NCBI GenBank assembly: GCA_003971905.1
Contig: RSEE01000008.1
Coordinates: 248,001 to 312,000 of the forward strand
Direction: 5' to 3'
Source: Moniliella sp. 'wahieum'
Taxonomy: Eukaryota
DNA: 64,000 nucleotides
Positions 12,167 through 27,106 of the stretch are shown here, in pieces (position 1 is the first letter of the stretch; each line of letters opens with the position of its first letter). Both the position numbers and the translations under genes were made by a program. The notes under the pieces were generated by a model. That model was given only the letters and a program-made list of their open reading frames with translations, was not told the origin of the DNA and ran no database searches.

Positions 12167-14572
12167 ATGCCACAGGTGCTGGTCAAGTGCCCGTCACCCG
12201 ATGCGGTCGGCGGGCAGATCGGCGACACGCTTCTTCAGCTCCACCCGACGCTGTTATCGCCGACGTCAAGGCCGCTATAGCCCAATGGCCTGGCCGCCCG
12301 CAGACGCACCGGATTCGTGTCATTCGGTCGGGCCGACTGTGCCAAGACGACGAGCGAGCGATTGATGGCACGCCCGACCTTCCTGCTCCCACACTACCTG
12401 TTCCTTCTGCAGCCCAGTCCACCCTCCATGTGGCCATTTCCCCCGACGCGTGGACCGAGCGTGTCCCAATCCACTCAGCCCGCCACCCCTCCACCCGGCC
12501 CGGCACCCCCGTCCCCCCTGTTGCGCCCAGCCATGCTGCGCCATCATTTCATATGGACATGCACCCAGATGCGCCCACGCCTTCTGTGTCGCAGATGAGT
12601 ATGGCTCAGATGGCCGCGTCGCGCACCTTGATGTCGATGCGGGCAGTACATGCAGCGCAGCTCATGTGCTCCTTGCACCCCGCATCCCAGGTACGCGAGC
12701 GGATTGCGGCCAGCCTGTTCCTGTGGCAGCGCCGCGCTGCTGATGTATGGGGAATCATCAACGATCTCGTTCCCCACAATTTGCCTATGGGCGCCCCTAC
12801 CCCCCTGACCCCTGCCCATCTCTGCCCCCGGCCATGGTACTGGCGGCCGGTGGGCTCTGACAGCACCTCCTCCAATGTGCAGGACCAAGTGGTCCAGGCC
12901 GCGAATGATGTTGACTTTCTTCTGGGCCTGCCCGATCGGCCTCGGTTCACACATGATTTTAACCTTGTCTATCGAATGGGCGAACACTCTCTCCCCCTCG
13001 CCACGAGACGAGTATCATCTCCAATTGGGCACCCACTTTCTCACCTTGTCTCGTTCCAGCCATCCGAGGCTATGGCCCAAGCTCCAACCCCGCCTTGTTT
13101 TCCTCGAATGGATGACTACCATGCGACTGACGCCGTTGCAAGTCGCTTGGACTGCCATCTCAGTTCCATCTCCCCATTTGGCACAGCCTCCCTCCCCCGA
13201 CTTGGACTTGGGATGGAAGTTTTAACATGCGGACGGCTGCTTCGCCTTCGCCATTGGGATACGCATCCACTCCGCCTAGCTGGACCCCCATGTACTCCGA
13301 AGGATGGCTACGAGTCCCGCATCCTGGGAGGGGGCCAGGTATTGGACAAGATCAAGACGAGCTGCCACACCCTTACGGTCCCAGACCTTGGAACATGGCT
13401 GGACCTGGTCCAGATGTGCGAACGGCCCGCGAAGTTCGTGACGAGCAAATACAAGAATGGATGGAAACGGTCCGGAGCACCATGCTGTTGCACGGACCGA
13501 TCGTTTTCCAAGTGGCATGGCACACCGCGTTTCGTGTCTTGAAGATTGGTGTTGCGGTCGTCATGATCAATTTGCTTCCGTCAATCCAAAAAGTCATCTG
13601 GCCTCCTCCTCGTCGTACCATGTCCCTCAAGAGAAGTTGGACGAACTGATCGCTCTTTTTGTCTTGATGAGCTCCAGCATCTTTGTCCTCTTGATGATCG
13701 TGGTTGATTACCGTCGTTGCTTCGTCGTGCCCGGCCTCCTACCGCAGGGGCCAATGCTGAAGGAAACCCAAACGATGACCGGGGTGGAAACGGAAACCAA
13801 GGTCCCGCAGACGCTGCCGCCCATGCAGATGAAGCCATGCGTCCTCCAGCATTTCCGCTCAGGTCAATGCAGGATGCCATCTCCCCGATTTGCTGGGCAA
13901 GGTGGATAAGCTCGTGGGGTCTGGAAAGCGAACGGGAAAGACTACACCTACCTATCCCGCCGCCGCCATCCCAAGAAGAAGTAGCTACCTTTCTCACCGC
14001 ATCTGTCCTGGCGCAGTTGCAGTTGGATTCCCCCCAGGCGTCCGACTTGAATCGCACCCTGCCGTCGGCTGACCCACCCTCGGACCCCGCCTGGACGGCG
14101 CAAGCTCTAGCCGCTTCCTTCTTTGCTTCGCTTTGGCCCCTGGCCGCACGGGAGCGCAGGGCTTTTCTGCGGAGCAGGGAAGAGGCGACGCGCGCTTCGG
14201 TTCGTGCGTGGGCAGCGTTTGCGCGAACGGTGCTGCGCGAGGCGAGGGAGGAGCAACGGAACCTTAATCGGCAAGCGACAGCGTCTGACCCGGTCCCTGC
14301 AGAGGGGGTTCGCCACCGTGCTCCCAATGTTGGTATAGAGAGTGAAGATGTGTTGCTCCCGACAGAGTCGGAGTCGGGACCAGCTTCGAGCAGCAGCTGT
14401 GCCTTCGCCTGTGTCTCCCCCAGAGCGAGAAGATGAGCATCCAGACTTCGATGGATGGCCTGCCCATTTCCCGCTTTCCCTCGGCCCGGCTGGCTTGCAC
14501 ACGGCCTATGTGGCGCGCGTTGCTGGGGATATTTTAGCGCGTCAGACTCGCACCGGCGAGTCGGCAGTTTGA
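12167..14572 (+). CDS. Usa1/HERPUD-like ubiquitin-like-domain ER membrane protein (ERAD scaffold); frameshifted
   Basis: N-terminal UBL-like segment IADVKAAIAQWPGRPQTHRIRVIRSGRLCQDDE...LHVAISPDAW. Hydrophobic segments at about 13500-13720. C-terminal SFFASLWP...ERRAFLRSREE pattern as in fungal Usa1/HERP-like proteins. Several frame changes. Confidence 0.6.
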
Positions 14573-15251
14573 TTCCTCTTTCGTATCGGCCAGCCCACGT
14601 TGGACTACCTGCGTCCGGGCACGGTTGGCATGGTTGCTTTTGATTCGGCTTTCTCACTTGGAGAAGCTGCATGCATTCTTTTCAATTTACAAGGACTTCT
14701 TTCTTTCTCATCGCCATCATCCTATCCCCAAATAGCAAGAAGAGAAGATGTGAACAACTTAACCAAGCAGAAAGAATCAAAGGGAAGCAGAGGGTGAAGC
14801 CTCTTTGACTAGGGGAACCGGAGAGGGCGGGATGCTTAACGAAAGCAACGGGGCTTTCGTCCGATTGCACGTCAGAATGAATGATTTTGATCTTGAAGCT
14901 TGAAGCGGTATGTGAATGTTAATGGCTGAGGGGATGTTAACGATGGGTCCCCATGTTGCTAGTGGCGTCATGCTTTCATCTCTCATCTCTCCGTGATTTG
15001 GTCTCTCAGCTGAGACGTGCCTACTGCCCAACCGCTTTCGGATAGCTTTTAGCTACTGATCACTACCGCAGGGTTGTCAGGAAAAAGATTGCATCCCGTA
15101 TCTCCGATTCTCCACCTCAGACGGACGGGCTAAGCTTGCCCGAGCAGACAAAGTCATGCTGTCCAAACGTACGCCATGGTAGAGTTCGGCGTGAATGAAC
15201 ATGGCAGATGAGAACAGGCACCGGGACCACGTGGGTCACTCCGCTTCCGGA

Positions 15252-16740
15252 TTAAGCGGGACCTTTGCGACGAGTGGGTTCGTTGCGCTTATTGGGTTTC
15301 ATCTTGCCTGCCCCGCCCGAAAATACGGGGGGTGCACTCTGCGGTTTCCTGTGGGATGGGACTCTCATCTCTGCGCCTCGCTGGGGGGCCTCGAAGCGCC
15401 TGCGAGGGTACGAGGGGCCATCGATCTGGGGCAGGTGCAGGGCCAAGCGACGGAACATGCTGTGCAGGTTGTATTGCAGTTCGGCATGCGAAGCCTCCAT
15501 GGTACGAAGACGGGCAAAGAAAAAGATGGCCATGTTGTTGGCAGCAATTTGGGCCATTGCATCCACCACGGCCTGCGCCACCCGGTTTCCAGCGCTTGCC
15601 TTTGGATTTCGCCAAACACCACGCGTGATGCACCAAACAACCGGCTTGCCGCGCCCCATCGCACCACAGCCAACTTGTGTGTCGTTTTTTTCCCCGCCAC
15701 GACGCCCATTCGCAGCACGCGATCCTCCTCGGCGTTCTGGATGGCATTTTGGGTGTAGACCAGACGATCGAACTCCCGAATGCGGGGGCAGCCTTTCGTC
15801 TGGTCTGGTGGGTTCGCACCCAACATTTCTCTCCAGGGCAATGAAGGGTCAGCTAGGACACCTACCCAATGCCGCCGCATCACATAGGGTTCGACTAGCG
15901 CAGGCGCCCACACTGCCTTGTAGATCGGCCTTCGCATTTGGGCCGCTGCCGCTGCGTCGAGGCCCGGCACCTTGGGCACAGGCGGATCGCGCTTGCGCTG
16001 CACCGTCCAGATCTTGGCATTGAACACGGTCGAATTGAAGCCAGGCAGTTTACCAGGCCCATTGTACTTGCGCGGTTGGAACCAAGTGTAGGGAGCTTGG
16101 AAGGGAACGTGTCGAATCTGATATTGCAAGCCTCCAGTTAGTCCTGTCGTGCGGATAGAAGAAAAAAGGGCAAAAAAGGGCAAAACACATACCTGCAAAG
16201 GAACGCGTTGGTTCACTGCGGCCCGAATGATGTCCAGCTCCCCTTCCAACCAGGGTAGACAGGCACAAGCGAGTTGAGATCGGGCGCTGCCCCAGGGGAA
16301 GGAAGCTGGGCCCAGTCTGCGTCGGACTGCAACGTGTCGAGATCGAAAAGGGGGAGAGAGGCGGGGAGAGAGCCCGTGGAATCGGGTGCGGGCCGGGGCT
16401 GCGGGGAGGGGAAAGGGAAGTGGACATAAATCTCTTCGCGCTGGTTGGTGGGGGAAATGACAGGCTCAGGGAATTTGGCCTGGTCAACCGGGGGGAGATG
16501 CGGGGACTGCGGGCCCTTCTTGTTATTGCCCTTACCCTTGGGGCCGTTTTTGGGTCCCTTGGCGTGCTTCTCCTGCCGGGCTTGTGCTGGGCGTGGGGAA
16601 GGCTTGGTGCTGGGAGCGGCGGCGGCGGCACCGGCACGCACCAGGGCCGAGGTGCTGAGATGTACCCTGGACACACATGGGCCGGGAGGAAGAGCAGCAC
16701 GAAGCAGCTGGGCGGGTCCGAGGGTGCCGACGGGGCGCAT
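15252..16740 (-). CDS. Putative mitochondrial protein with degenerate RnpA (bacterial RNase P protein)-like C-terminal domain; frameshifted
   Basis: ATG 16740 gives the presequence-like MRPVGTLGPAQLLRAALPPGPCVSRVHLSTSALVRA. In-frame intron 16118-16192 (GTATGT..CTAAC..CAG). C-terminal part reads RMGVVAGKKTTHKLAVVRWGAASRLFGASR then, after a frame change, AIFFFARLRTMEASHAELQYNLHSMFRRL. Confidence 0.55.
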
Positions 16741-17361
16741 GGGCTGGAGCGCGTGCAGACGACGCAGTGGCAGCGCAAACAGAGCAGTTGTCCCACCCGC
16801 CAGAAGGTAGTGGGCGAAGCGGCAAAACGGATGCAATTTGAAACGCAGCGAACAATCGGTGCAACCCAGACGGCTGCGCCTGTGTTTCCCGCCAGGCAGG
16901 GCAGCGCAGCCTTTGCGGCAAGGAATGGACCATGAACCGCAGAAGCCGACAATCAGCGCAAGCACAGCCACCTAGCAGAGCCCCTCTAGCCCGCTAGACG
17001 CGACAACGCCTGGCTGTCCAAGGAGGATGTCGATGGGCGCTGGCTGAGAGCTAGTGATCCCTGATATCGATCATCCGGTCGCCAGGATTACATTATTGCT
17101 AGCAGTAGCAGTTCGCACCGACGGACGGCCTGCGCGAATGGACGTTGGTTGAAGCTCGATCGAAGACCAACGCAATACAGGCTTTACCGATAGCGTTTAT
17201 GCTTTAGCAGTGTTGTGGTGCACGATTGGATGCTACAGATAGAACCATACTGATGTCTATGCCATCCATTCATACAGAAGCCAACGGCATCGCTCCACAA
17301 CACACAAACTAGCGTTCCGATAGGGGAAGATGAGGCGAATCTCGCCCTTATAGTCATCCAC

Positions 17362-19782
<2,421 letters not shown>

Positions 19783-19949
19783 TCACGCGATTAAAGAGCT
19801 CGCTCCCAAGTTTAATCCAGTTCCACCGCGGCTGGCTCGACCGCCAGCGCGATTATCAAGTCTGCGTATCCGAGACACAATAGTCGTCTTCCACCCAAGT
19901 GAATCGTGAATCCCAGTTTCGTGGTTCCCCGCTTTCCCGCTGTGATCTT

Positions 19950-20040
19950 GCGACGCTAGTCGCCCCGTGCTTGTTGATCTTCTCTGCGTTGCGCTGATAA
20001 CAACCCCGAGCGACGCTAGTCGCCCCATGCCTGTTTACCT
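19950..20040. repeat. Pair of 31-nt imperfect direct repeats (60-nt period) with internal palindrome GCGAC-GCTA-GTCGC
   Basis: GCGACGCTAGTCGCCCCGTGCTTGTTGATCT (19950-19980) and GCGACGCTAGTCGCCCCATGCCTGTTTACCT (20010-20040), 4 mismatches. Confidence 0.85.
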
Positions 20041-21585
20041 TACCTTTCTAGGCTGTCCGTGCGGCAGCCGTCTCCCCTGGTCTCCCCTGTTCCCCGTTCA
20101 TCCTCTGTTGCCTTGTTTTCCTTTTATTCCCTGTCTGTTAGCAATGGTTCGTGGCTTTCCCCCACGGTCCATTTGGCGTCTCCCCCTACCCTCCTCGCTA
20201 ATTGATCGAATCCCCCGTACAGGCAACTCCTCCTCTCAGTTGCTCCCCCACATCTCTATGTTGTGTGCATTCCATTGACAGAGCTTAAGGCTGGGACAGG
20301 GGGAACGCTACGTCTAAACCGAACCGTTCATCTTGCGGGGGTTGTTTGGAAGCGCCACTAAGGTCAAGGAACCAGGGGGATTGCCAGGATATCAGGACCC
20401 TCCGGCGATTGGCTGCACTTTTTACCTCAGCTGCCCCGTGACACGTTCCCAGCCACCCACAGCCAGAGTATCGGTGATATTATTTGCCCTCTCCAGCGTG
20501 GAACGGTGGACCGGGGGGAACGGTGGCTACGGTGGCGAAGGGGGAACGGTGGCTATGGTGGCGACGCAGCAGCTGACCGGGCCGTAGGCCCGGTGGTCTC
20601 CTCGTATAGCTAATCGAAAACGCTGGTAACAAGGTTCCGGATAGATATGTGAGGACTACGTACAAAATTCAAGGTGGGCAAGGCCCACAAGATTGTGCAC
20701 AAGAAATTTCGATTAGCTATGGAGCCCTCGTCGTCAGCTCTCAGCTGCCCAGCCCAAGTTCAGCCCAGTTTAGCCGCGTGTGATCTTGCCCTCCGCCACG
20801 CCGCTCCCAGTCTCAGCCCGTCCTCAGTCCAGCAGCGTAGATAGGTCCTCCGCTGCCCGTTCCCCGTCCATGAGCCCGAAGGCTTCAGACGCGATACTGC
20901 CGCCCAAGCCGGTGCTACGCAGCCTTGCCACAAGTTGCAGCCGCCTCTGCTATACGCCGAGAGTCCTTGTCCCTAGCTCCGCTCGGATCCACCAACCGGC
21001 TCAAGCGAGTAACTGCCGTGAGTAGACCCTAGGACCTCCAAGGGATTGTACCCCTTAAACCCTCGGGCAGGCTCCCTGGTGGCGCCCGCCCCATGACAAC
21101 CGCTGGCGATGCCGAGTGGTAAGGAGGCTGGCTGGGAGTTTTCTTATCATCCAGTGAGTTTTTAGTGTCGAGCAAGCGCTGGACTGAGGCGCCGAGGGCG
21201 CTGGGCTGCACAAGAGCTCAGTAATTCATCCATGTGAATTTGGACGGGGGCCGGCGCTCTGGAAGGAGGGGCCCAGGAATACTTGCACAAGGTCGAGGGC
21301 GTGTCCGCCCCGCGGGAGGCAAAACTGGAGGGATCGTTAGGCGGCGTTAGTGAATACAATTGCAGCTATTCACGGAGATTAGGCCTTGTGGCCCTAGCGC
21401 TTAGCTCCTTTACGTCCTGAGCTTGAGCTTAACTACGTTGAATGTTGAACGCACGTTGCAGGGGTATTGCCCAGAGGCTGTCGAGGCCCGAGGGAAGGTG
21501 GGTGTGGAGGGCGGCATGGCGGTCGAGGGGACGTGCTGAGGGCGGAGGGCCCAAGTACAGTGTTGAGACTGAACGTACTGATGGC

Positions 21586-21617
21586 GCTGATGCGCTGATG
21601 TGCTGATGTGCTGATGG
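21586..21617. repeat. Short tandem repeat (GCTGATGY)x4
   Basis: GCTGATGCGCTGATGTGCTGATGTGCTGATGG is directly visible upstream of the MFS gene. Confidence 0.8.
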
Positions 21618-21987
21618 GCTCGAGGCCGATGAGCGCGAGCGATCGATGAGCGTCGGTGCAGTGACTTGGTGACTAGAGATGCATGAGGTGCGAGGGGTGC
21701 TGGGTGCTGGTGCTGGGTACTGCATACTGGGCGCGGGAATGGGTGATTGCGATAAGTGAACGGCAAGCAGAAACCATATGCCCCATCCCATCCAACCATG
21801 CAATCGCACAACGCAGCCATGCGACGGACCAACAATAAGTAACCCCCAGAACTCTGGCCAATTCACCGGCATCGCCCCCTTGCCTCGCCTCGCCTCTCCT
21901 CTCCTGCCCTCCCTTGGCGCCTCCCACCTCCACCACCCACCCCCCATGCCATCCGCTTAGCTCCCATCCCCGTATCAACCTGCCATC

Positions 21988-24567
21988 ATGCCAGCCGCTT
22001 CCCGCCCCCGCCCCCGCCCCCGCTCCCGCTCCCACTCCCGCTCCAGCGGCCCCGCGCCAGCCGCATACAACCTGTCCGACTCGATCGCCTCTCTCTCTGC
22101 TCGGGCCACCGCCACCCAGGCCGGATTTCAGGCTCTCGACTCCTCCACGCCCCTCGGCGTCGACCTCCTCTACCGCTGGGATGGCCCTGATGCTGCTCAC
22201 AACAGCGATGAAGAGAGTGAGATTGCTCACACAGACCCCTCTACTTGCAAGGCTTCATCTGGCCCGCCCCCATTCCCTCCCGACCAGGAAACCACAGGGA
22301 CCAGAGCTGGGGCCCAGATCCCCGTCGATACCCCGCCTTTTTCTCCCGCCGAGGTGGAAGACCATCTCGCTTGGTGTCGCCATCTGCCTTGGTGGAAGCG
22401 GCCGTCGGATGTGATGCTGCGACCGTTTGTCTTCTTCCTTGCCGTTGCCACGGGGTTGGCCATCCCGGTCCGAGTCGAGTTCTTTGACCAACTTGCCTGC
22501 GAAAGCCTCTACTCTTCTTCACCTGCTGCGCCCAGTCTGCCTGGATCAAGCTGGTTCCGCCGCTCCTCCGGTGGTATGATTGCTCCGCACCTTCCTTACG
22601 GACCAGATGATCCTGCCCTGTGTCATTCTGCACCTGTATTGGCTCACAGTGCCAGCCTGCAAATGCGCATCACGGTTCTCTGTGGCTTACTGTCGGTATT
22701 GACGACTGGTTGGTGGTGCGGCCGTTCCGACCGACTGGGACGGCGGGGTGTCATGATCTGGAGCGCACTGGGCATGGTAGTCAATTCGGCAGTGTTCGTC
22801 ATCACGGCCATGGTACCTCGAAGTCGCTTGCCGGGCGGTCCCAACTTTTTGCTCGTGGGCGCCATATTCGATGGACTGGTTGGTGGCATGCCGACGGCAA
22901 TGGCCACGTTTAACGCTTACATCGCGGATGCCACCCCGCCCGGAACTAAAGCGATGGGCTTCAGCATGCTCCTCGGTCTGTTTTACATTGCAATGGCCGT
23001 CGGCCCCGTGCTTGGTGGCCGTCTTGTCGCAATGAGCGGGTTGGTCAGTGTGTTTTACGTTGCAACGGTCATCACTGCTTTGTACTTTGCCTTTGTTGTT
23101 CTTCTGCTCCCCGAGTCGTGCTCGCCAGCGGCGTTGGCCAACTCGCAGAAACAGCACCTCGCTCGCACGAGATTGAACCAAGCCAACCTGGAGGCCCAAC
23201 TCGCCTCTGCTCCTACCTGGGCTCACCAGGTCTGGGTCCATTTCACTTTCCATGTTGCGCGTGTGTTCCAGCCCTTGTCCGTGTTGGTTCCATCGAAAGT
23301 GGAAGTGGTGACCGAGGTCCCGGCTGCGCCGACTTCGATCGTATCGGACGAGGAGACACCTTTGTTGGACCCATCCCGTCGGGCATCAACATACAGTGCT
23401 GCCAGTGGCGCCCCGTCGGCAGAGATCAATGCCTCGTACATTTCTGTCTCGCACGTCTCCAAGAAATGGAAACGCGATTACAACCTGTTGTTGGTGGCGC
23501 TGGCCATGTGGTTTGAAGTATCGGTGATTGGCGTGATGGGAAGCAAGATGCTCTATGCCCAACAACATTTCCACTGGGGTGCTCCCGAAATGGGCGGGTT
23601 CATGACAGCGGCCTCCTTGTCCCGGGTGTTGGCTCTGACGCTGATCTTGCCATTGGCCATCAAACTTCTTCACCGGCCCGCTCACCAGATCGCGCTGCCT
23701 CAGGATAACGATGCTCGGCACGATGCGCTAGACCACGAGGGCCGTGTGTCCCGTCGTGCTTCCCGCACGGGCCTGGCTAGTGACACGCCCTACGACGACG
23801 AAGGTTCGGACGAGGACTCTGATTCGGACGGAGGGGAAGCTCCTCTGACCGAACAGCGGATGATCGAGCATGCGTGGACAATGCGTGCGACTCATCTTCG
23901 TTTGCTCCATGATAGCCGCTTCGACCTGCACGTGGCTCGGGTTAGCATGCTGGTGGCGGTAGCATGCTACCTGGGTACCGCGACGGCCACATCGGGGTGG
24001 ATGTTCGTCTTCTGGACCTGTGCTGCCTGCTTGGGCGCCGGAGCAGGCGCAGCCATCTCATCGCTAGCGGTGGCTCTGTTGAAGGACCCCAAAGACGCAG
24101 GTCGCCTGTTTGGTGCCAACTCGATGCTGGCCGCCATTGGACAGACGGTGATCAGCCCTGTGATCTTCACCCGTGTCTACCAGGCTACCGCTGACACTTC
24201 CTACTCGTGGGCAATCTTCGTGGTTGCGGCAGGTACGTTTGAAGTGACACATCGGTGCTCTCTTCCCGTCTTCTAACCGTTTTCTCTCTCAGGTCTCTTT
24301 TGCATTTCTTTCCTTCTTCTCTGCTTGGTCCGGATCCGCAAGCCCAAGTCTCTCCCTGCCCTACCTCCCGTCCAGCGTCACGGCGAACCAGCGCATTCAC
24401 GCTATAAGCTACTCCGTCGTCCGTCTCGAGTCGGTCTTTCTATATATGAGCCTGCGGTGTATATTTTGATTGGGGGCTCTTGTTTTTCTGTATATCGCTT
24501 CTTTCCTCATCACACGCCCTACATGCCAACCCACCACGCTTCTCCGTTATGGTCTTTTTGGTCATAG
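21988..24567 (+). CDS. Major facilitator superfamily transporter (SLC46/tetracycline-efflux-like fungal family)
   Basis: Intact 762-aa ORF with LPWWKRPS, motif A GRSDRLGRRGV, AYIADATPPGTKA and many hydrophobic helices. Intron 24233-24292 (GTACGT..CTAAC..CAG) adds a last helix GLFCISFLLLCLVRIRKP; that frame stops at 24567. Confidence 0.92.
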
Positions 24568-25113
24568 AATTGAATGTCCATGTCTTTCTTCGTACAATCT
24601 CGCCGCGCTTCTGCACGGTTCCACAAGGACGATCTGGAGGATAATCCACAGACAGCCGTGAAGGAAGCTTGAACCTCTTGCTTTGCCACAATATACTTTT
24701 CTCTAACACAAACACAGCCTATGAGACGTCGCCAATCCAGAATGCTTCCCTCTCCGATCCTGTGCCATATACCAACCTCATCGGCAGTACAGTGAAGTTT
24801 ATGTTTGAGGAGAGAGAATATGAGAAAACCCGAGATCTGTGGCTATGGGAAGAATGACGAAAGCGCAGGGTTGAAGCTCTCACTCTCGCTCAATACGGCA
24901 GAGGTGTGAGACAAGATCCGATTGAATGGCGACATGGTGGTGACAAAAAAGAACACAATAACGATCAAATGATCGGCGATGAATAACAGATGTATGGATG
25001 TGCGAAGAAAACGCGAAGGTCGAAGAATGATAATTGAGCCAATACAAAGATATGCTCAATCCAGTTGGGCCAAGTTGCTCTCAATCTAAGCCAAAAACGC
25101 GTTGTCTCTTTGA

Positions 25114-27106
25114 CTAAAGGGTGGTAGACCCATTCTTCTGGGCCGCAATATGAAGACCACCACGTCGGACCCGACGGAGCTTTGGAACCATGCGAGGCGA
25201 CGTGGGGTCACGTATTTCTGTCAAAGAAGTCGACCGGTGGGTAGAACGGTCGGCCAATGGGCGGCCTTGAGCTTGAGCCTCCTCCGTCTGGATCGAGTTT
25301 ACACCTGGGAGTAGGTGTGTGTAGTATGTGGGAAGGAGCAATGGGGCCGAACCAACCGTGCGTACAGGGTGCCTACGAGGGACAGCCTTGTCGGTTCGAG
25401 TTGGCATTAAAGACGAAGGTGAAGCGTTGAGTGGGACCTCCAATGCCACAGGGTGTGTATGATTTTTGTGAGTGTGGTCCAAGAGACCAGTAGAAGCCGA
25501 ACGGTAGCGTTGGCATGGACTACCTAGATGACCAGAGCTGTGTCGATGTTTAGGCGTTGGAAGGGGTTTGATAGCCCGAGGAGGGGCATTTTGTAACGGA
25601 GCACATGGCGAAGAGGAACGACGACAATCAGTATTTCCTAGGCCGAAGGAATCAGTTTCTTCCTCCATGAGGGCCAAGAGCATGTTGAGTGATGAAGTCG
25701 CCCCCATTTCGCGGATGAACGCAAGCGAGATTTGGTCGCAAGTTGTTGGAGAAGAGGTGCGTCCAGAGCCAGCAGAACGAGCTCGTTTATAGTCGTACCC
25801 GCATGAACTGCGAAAACAGGTGGGGTTGGTCATGGTCTCGATGCTGATTATCCGGGGTCCTGTTGTATTGGATAACAACAGGGAATCATCCAGGTCTTGG
25901 AGGAGGGGTCGCAGTGGAATTTCTTTTGTTGCAACATCCAGTGGGAAAGCGTCAGTTCCTGACTGCCGCCCCTGGGATACCAGAACAGGAGATTCAAGCT
26001 CAACCCGTGTTCCCCTCAGACTGATGTCGGACAAACGTGAGACTGCGTCAGATACGAGGTCCCAACGTTTCTGCGTCTGGCTGACCATATTGGTGGTAGC
26101 CTCTTCCTCCGTTCCAGGACAAGATCTTGAGCGGGAATGGGCGCTGCTCATAGCGCATTTGGCCGTCACCGACACCTGCAATTGGCATGTGTTGGGTGTC
26201 TGGTCCAAAGCCATGGCTGAAGCAGGTTTTGGTGGTCATTGGGGCTGACGGAGGTGAATGACCTATAGGGCGGAATGGCAGTTTGCGCATCTGAAGTTGC
26301 CGAGGACACAACACTTGTCGACCTGGCTGTCCGCAGAGTAAGATTGGAACATTGCGAAGGGGCGCTCGATGCATTTGACGAGTGGGACCATCTTCGTCGC
26401 GCAAAGGGGAGGAAAGTTGGGTATTCCTCGAAACTGGCCTTCGTGAGCAGACCAGCTGACTGGAAAGTACGACCGCCGATAGGTTTTTTGGTTGATGCAG
26501 TAGTAACATTGAAGTTTTCATGCCTGCCGGAACCAAGATCAACGCACTTGAAAGAATGGTCGTGCGCCTGAGGAGCTGGATCTTCAAGGGCCAGCTTGGC
26601 AAAACATCCCTGAAAAAACAAGAACAAATGGTCAGGATATCGATTGCTTAAAACGAAGAGGGCCTGGTGAAGACGAGAATGGATTGTGCTACTTACGCTT
26701 GGAAAAGAAAGGTCCTGAGAAACGTCCTCCAGCATGACTAAAGGGGCTTGTTGGGGGGTAATACGGGTCTGGGGGGTACGTCGGGGGTGGAGATAATGCG
26801 AGTGACTACCGGCACCTGTGCCTCGGATGGCTGATGTTGGGTTGGGTCGAGCGGGTACAAGCCGTAGTTTTGCTGCATCAAGAAGTGTTTAGAAGCAGAC
26901 AGGCGACGCTCTGCTCGTTGCTTGTTCGGTGTCTTGAGCGCTGGAGACGCTTTGGAGTTGGGTAGCGGGCTGCTGGAGTTGCTGGACGGAAAGATGGCAC
27001 TGATGGTCTCGAGATCGGTAAGGACGGCAGTCCAGTGGCCCCCACGGTATTCGCTATCCAGTGACGACGAGGCAATGATGTGGTAGCGGCTCATCAGGCA
27101 GGTCAT
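25114..27106 (-). CDS. Hypothetical protein (orphan), fragmented into 3 ORFs
   Basis: Abutting same-strand ORFs 26738-27106 (ATG start), 26166-26735 and 25114-26214. No recognised domain. Confidence 0.4.

Noticed and set aside
19950..20040. CRISPR-like repeat-spacer-repeat (31-nt palindromic repeat, 29-nt spacer)
   Set aside because: Only two copies, no cas genes, and a eukaryotic context; kept only as a repeat pair.
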